Source: a candidate division CPR3 bacterium GWF2_35_18
Lineage (GTDB): Bacteria > Patescibacteriota > CPR3 > GWF2-35-18
Direction: 5' to 3'
DNA length: 64,000 nucleotides
Assembly: GCA_001771135.1 (NCBI GenBank)
Contig: MESW01000003.1
Location: 136,719 to 200,718, forward strand
The position numbers were made by a program, and so were the translations under genes. Positions 60,084 through 64,000 of this stretch are shown in pieces. Position 1 is the first letter of the stretch. Each line of letters begins with the position of its first letter. The notes below the pieces were generated by a model, which ran no database searches, was not told the DNA's origin, and saw only the letters and a program-made list of their open reading frames with translations.

Positions 60084-60098
60084 TTAGTTTAGACTTAT

Positions 60099-60710
60099 TT
60101 ATTCCCCATAATCAACCGCCGCAAAAGCTTCAATTCGTATAACCGGCCAGTAACGGAAAAGAACCCGAGCAACAATATCTTTTTTGGGTAACATCCCCCA
60201 AAGACGAGAATCAGAACTACGATCTCGATTATCTCCCATAACAAGATATGAATCTTCTAGAATTTTCGTTTTAACTCCTTCTTTAACCACATTTCCACCG
60301 TTTGTGGTTACAAATTTACCCAAGTAATCTTCATGAAGGATAAATCCATAAGGGTGAACGTCATTAAAAATCGTAACCGTATTATTCTCAATTAAAATCT
60401 CTTCTCCTGGCAAACCGATTACTCTTTTTAAATATTCTTCAGATTCATGCAAAGGGGAATCTAGAACTATCACCTCTCCTCGTTTGGGTTCGCGAAGGCG
60501 ATAAGAAAATATATCTGTAATAATCCTATCCCCTTCATAGAAATTTGGTTGCATAGAAACATTTAGAACGGTTCTGGTCTGAACAAAAAAATTGTAAACA
60601 ATTAAAAAAATTCCCAAAGAAATTATAAGGCTTTCTACAAATTCTAGGGCAAATTCCCCAATAATCTGATATCTCTTTTTTTGTGATGAAATTTTAGGAC
60701 TATTTATCAT
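60099..60710 (-). CDS. lepB: Signal peptidase I, second paralog
   Basis: NVSMQPNF Ser box, YLKRVIGLPGE Lys box, and GDNRDRSSDSRLWG. The start is ATG 60710, or TTG 60728. Confidence 0.75.
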   Translation of the reverse strand: MINSPKISSQKKRYQIIGEFALEFVESLIISLGIFLIVYNFFVQTRTVLNVSMQPNFYEGDRIITDIFSYRLREPKRGEVIVLDSPLHESEEYLKRVIGLPGEEILIENNTVTIFNDVHPYGFILHEDYLGKFVTTNGGNVVKEGVKTKILEDSYLVMGDNRDRSSDSRLWGMLPKKDIVARVLFRYWPVIRIEAFAAVDYGE

Positions 60711-61731
60711 TAAATGTGTGATTTTCAATTACTTTTGTAAAAAAATCAGAGGCATTCCATCCTTCTTCGGCCGCCTGATGAAATACCATAGTTGAAGGAG
60801 TCATCCCCGGAGGGGAATTGGGTTCTAGAATAAAAAGTTTCCCCTCTTTGAAGATCCCATCAATCCGAGAACAGTTTTGTTGTCTTAGAGCTCTATAGGC
60901 CTTTAAAGTATCTGTCTGAATCTTGGCAATATCTTCTTTCGGAAGGTTTGGTGGAGTAATCATGGTAGCGTCCCCGGGTAAGAATTTTTCTTCCACGGAA
61001 AGAAAATCACCCTTGTATGGTGTTTCTGTTGGAGTCAAAACTCTAAGAATTCCCTTTTCTTCAATAACTGTAGTTGTAACCTCAATGCCTTTTAAATACT
61101 CTTCAATAAGAATTACATTATCATAGATAAAAGCAGCTTCAAATGCTTTTTCAGTCTCTTTCTTGTTTGTAACCTTGGAGATAGCGACGCTACAACCTTC
61201 ACGTGATGGTTTCACGATAAAAGGATAAGCAAAATATTCCTCAACCTGATTAAGAATTTCTCCTTTATTTTGTTTCCAATTCTGAATATTTATGCCTAAA
61301 TATTTTCCTACTGTCAGATTATTTGCTTGAAGCAGTCTCTTTTGAAAGACTTTATCCATCCCTAAAACTCCACCCAAAACTCCGGAAGAGTTATTAGGAA
61401 TGGCAAAAAGCTCCAGTAATCCTGGTAAGCATTCTTCTCCATACTTACCATGCAAGGCTAAAAAGGCATAATCAATTTCTGATTTCAAATCTTCATAAAA
61501 TAATCTTCGTCCTAAAGTAGATAACTGAGCTTCAACATCAGCACAGGTGTTCATCCACATAAGTCCTTCATCAATAATATAAAAATGATTTTGATGATTA
61601 ACAAACACCGGTACTACTTCAAATTTAGTTCTATCTAAACTATTATAAACATGACGTCCTGTTTCTAAAGAAATCTCTTTCTCTGAAGATGATCCACCCA
61701 TAAAAAGTCCAACTCGCAACAGTCTAGGCAT
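60700..61731 (-). CDS. ddl: D-Ala-D-X ligase (Ddl family, ATP-grasp), paralog 1 with an EEKF omega-loop motif
   Basis: LRVGLFMGGSSSEKEISL N-terminus and ATP-grasp core. ATG 61731 is preceded by GGGAGGA. FLSVEEKFLPG appears where DdlB has AKY. Confidence 0.8.
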   Translation of the reverse strand: MPRLLRVGLFMGGSSSEKEISLETGRHVYNSLDRTKFEVVPVFVNHQNHFYIIDEGLMWMNTCADVEAQLSTLGRRLFYEDLKSEIDYAFLALHGKYGEECLPGLLELFAIPNNSSGVLGGVLGMDKVFQKRLLQANNLTVGKYLGINIQNWKQNKGEILNQVEEYFAYPFIVKPSREGCSVAISKVTNKKETEKAFEAAFIYDNVILIEEYLKGIEVTTTVIEEKGILRVLTPTETPYKGDFLSVEEKFLPGDATMITPPNLPKEDIAKIQTDTLKAYRALRQQNCSRIDGIFKEGKLFILEPNSPPGMTPSTMVFHQAAEEGWNASDFFTKVIENHTFNDK

Positions 61732-62260
61732 CCTTTTTCCTCCCTTTTTCAAATTGTCTTTCTAGCTCTTCGGTCGTCATAAAAGTAGACATATCTTCCA
61801 TTCTATCAATAAAAACAATTCCGTGAAGGTGATCAATTTCATGCTGTAAAACGCGAGCATTAAAACCACTTGCTTTCACTCTTATCTTTTCTCCATGTTG
61901 ATTAAAAGCTTCAACAACAATTCTTTCTTTCCGCCAAACTTGTCCCCAATATCCGGGAACGGATAAACATCCTTCAAAAGCAAGTAACTCTTTACCCGCC
62001 AATTTTTCAATTTTAGGATTAATTAAGACTTTAGCCGACATATTTTCTAACTCAATTACAATTATCTGCCAAAGTTTATCAACCTGATTTGCAGCTAAAG
62101 CTGCACCATTTCCTACTACCTTTAATGTTACAGCCATATCTTGAATGAACTTTTGGACTTCTGGACTTTTCATTTTTGAGACAGAAAGCTCGGAGGCTTT
62201 TTGTCTCAAAGTAGGATTACCCAAAGTTATTATTTTTAATGGAGACTTTTTCTCATTCAT
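61724..62260 (-). CDS. def: Peptide deformylase
   Basis: EGCLSVPG and QHEIDHL metal-binding motifs. Confidence 0.9.
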   Translation of the reverse strand: MNEKKSPLKIITLGNPTLRQKASELSVSKMKSPEVQKFIQDMAVTLKVVGNGAALAANQVDKLWQIIVIELENMSAKVLINPKIEKLAGKELLAFEGCLSVPGYWGQVWRKERIVVEAFNQHGEKIRVKASGFNARVLQHEIDHLHGIVFIDRMEDMSTFMTTEELERQFEKGRKKDA

Positions 62261-62263
62261 TGA

Positions 62264-63376
62264 TTAAAGATACCCTTTTTTATTTCCATGTACTTCCTCT
62301 GCCATCCCTAATATTTTGGTCACAAGTAAGCGTGGATTAACTGGCATTTTTTTATTCCCAATTTTAGTTTTGGTTTGTACTTTAGTACGAGCCGCTTGCT
62401 GAAATACATAAGAGGACGGAATCATTATTGTTCCCGTATGCGGTTCGCCAATATAAATTTTGAAATCCTTTCCTTCTTGAACGACAAAACCGTCGACACG
62501 ACCATAACCCTTTGCCCCAATTAGTTTATAAATTGCTACCGCTTGTCGTTGAATTTCTTTTACAATTTCTTCCGGCACACGGACTGGAGTATGGTACTGC
62601 GCTTTTCCCGGCATGTATTTTGATTCGTAAGTATGAATATCACCTTCAAAAACTACTTCTGTAGGAAGCATTGCTTCTGGATTTTCATTACCCCAAACCA
62701 CACACATAAATTCTTTCCCTCTAATAAATTTTTCAATTAAAATTTCCGGATCCCAATAAAAAGCATTTTCAATAGCCTTGTTTAAATCCACACCCTTTTT
62801 GGCAACTGCGACTCCAACAGATGATCCTTCACAAACCGGTTTGACCACACATGGAAAACCGATTTTTGTTTCGATCTTTTTAATAATTTCTGCCTTATTT
62901 TTCTTCCAGTCGACTTTCGTAACGAGTAAATCTTGCGGAACTAAAAATCCTTCGTGAATAAGTAATTCTTTATGTACCTTTTTATTCATTCCTACGGCTG
63001 AAGCTAAAATTCCCGAACCTGTATATGGAATATTAATTAGCTCTAAAACTCCTTGAATTACTCCATCTTCTCCATATTTGCCAAGTAATGCATTGAAAAT
63101 GAGATCAACTTTTTGCGGAAGTTCTTCAAATCTTATTTTTTTGGCTTCTTTTGTTAATTTACTTTCGACATCACTCGTTTTATTCATAATTACGAGTTTT
63201 TCCGGTATTTGCCAAAGGAAACCTTGATTATCCATATATAAAGCAATCCCTTCAAAAAGCTGCGGATCAAGTAAATGGTAAATATAGCGTCCCGTTGCCA
63301 AGGAAATCTCTTTTTCACTGGATTTACCACCAAAGATCACTCCGACTCGTTTTTTTGTTTGATTGATTTGATTCAT
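62264..63376 (-). CDS. ddl: D-alanine--D-alanine ligase, paralog 2 with the canonical K-Y omega-loop
   Basis: VGVIFGGKSSEKEISL N-terminus and TYESKYMPG. Confidence 0.8.
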   Translation of the reverse strand: MNQINQTKKRVGVIFGGKSSEKEISLATGRYIYHLLDPQLFEGIALYMDNQGFLWQIPEKLVIMNKTSDVESKLTKEAKKIRFEELPQKVDLIFNALLGKYGEDGVIQGVLELINIPYTGSGILASAVGMNKKVHKELLIHEGFLVPQDLLVTKVDWKKNKAEIIKKIETKIGFPCVVKPVCEGSSVGVAVAKKGVDLNKAIENAFYWDPEILIEKFIRGKEFMCVVWGNENPEAMLPTEVVFEGDIHTYESKYMPGKAQYHTPVRVPEEIVKEIQRQAVAIYKLIGAKGYGRVDGFVVQEGKDFKIYIGEPHTGTIMIPSSYVFQQAARTKVQTKTKIGNKKMPVNPRLLVTKILGMAEEVHGNKKGYL

Positions 63377-63380
63377 AATA

Positions 63381-64000
63381 TTATTTATATCTTCTTTCTA
63401 CTCTTTCCATAATTCCTGTCACAACCTCATAATTAATTGTTCCTAACTTTTTTGCCACTTCTGAAGCTGTTATTATCTCATCTTGAGATTTTCCGATCAA
63501 GACCACCTCATCAGAAACATTTACCTGTGGAACTTTAGTAATATCTATTTGGCAGGTATCCATGGCTACTCGACCTAGAATCGGACAACGAATTCCTCTG
63601 ACTAGGACTTCAGCGTAATTCTGAGGAGCACGTCGAAATCCGTCTCCATAACCAACACTAATTGTTCCCACCAGAGTATCTTGATCCGTTTTAAAAGTCC
63701 GACCATAACCGATTGTTTCACCCATAGGGACATCTCTGATATGAGAAATTCGGGTTTTGAAAGACAATACTGGTTCTAAGTCTGATTTCAAACTAAAATC
63801 ATCATCCGAATATACTTCCGAGGCTGGATTCAATCCGTATAGAGCTAAACCCGGACGAATCATATTGTAATAACTTTCAAGTAACCGTAAGGTTGCCGCG
63901 GAGTTTGCAGTGTGTAAAATTGGAATTTTGATACCCGCTTTTTGAAGTTCGTCAACTACAAATTGAAACCTTGAAAGCTGTAACTTGGCAAAATCCAGAT
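63381..64000 (-). CDS. alr: Alanine racemase. Partial: the N-terminus lies beyond the window end
   Basis: C-terminal beta-domain sequence (VGTISVGYGDGFRR, MDTCQIDIT). The reading frame continues open to position 64000. Confidence 0.75.
   Translation of the reverse strand, partial: LDFAKLQLSRFQFVVDELQKAGIKIPILHTANSAATLRLLESYYNMIRPGLALYGLNPASEVYSDDDFSLKSDLEPVLSFKTRISHIRDVPMGETIGYGRTFKTDQDTLVGTISVGYGDGFRRAPQNYAEVLVRGIRCPILGRVAMDTCQIDITKVPQVNVSDEVVLIGKSQDEIITASEVAKKLGTINYEVVTGIMERVERRYK

Noticed and set aside
1-64000. CRISPR arrays, transposases, IS elements
   Set aside because: No regularly spaced direct repeats and no transposase or integrase-like ORFs were detected anywhere in the window.

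Overview
This is a low-GC (~33%), gene-dense bacterial window with tight, often overlapping co-directional operons and strong AAGGAG-type ribosome-binding sites. The gene content and reduced gene versions (short SufD, archaeal-type AspRS inside gatCAB, DUF2079 and O-antigen-ligase-like membrane proteins) suggest a CPR/Patescibacteria-like organism; that is inference, and the standard genetic code appears to apply. Left to right the window holds a gatC-gatA-aspS-X-MFS-gatB operon, glnA with a structured leader, an AAA_28 kinase with an unknown partner, htpX-lemA, tRNA-Asp, a LysM protein, tRNA-Gly, a tRNA-binding protein, and an Rrf2-sufCBDSU operon. A GC-rich anomalous islet with a small membrane protein follows, then a ferredoxin/CDGSH/FNR-like redox trio, tRNA-Thr, and a ~10 kb glycan-assembly locus (Wzy/O-antigen-ligase-like x2, DUF2079, Wzx, GT2/GT4 x4). 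Next come a six-gene nucleotide house-cleaning cluster (MazG, cupin, PolB-like exonuclease, NUDIX, RNase HI, NUDIX), tRNA-Val with an adjacent pseudo-tRNA fragment, then lepB, parB, rpmA, rplU and rodA. A ~25 kb co-directional array follows: ileS behind a T-box leader, then an unusual dcw cluster (mraY-murI-murD-MTase-ftsW-HD-hydrolase-murG-ftsQ-ftsA-ftsZ), with a membrane-anchored MurF divergent from it. The right end is a Fic protein and an alr-ddl-def-ddl D-alanine block with a second lepB. Most second-look items are regulatory RNAs and repeats: a terminator/antiterminator leader in front of glnA, the ileS T-box, a two-copy ~48-nt hairpin repeat, the compositionally foreign small gene, and a Ddl paralog with a KF omega-loop (possible depsipeptide ligase). 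No CRISPR array, integrase or transposase was seen.
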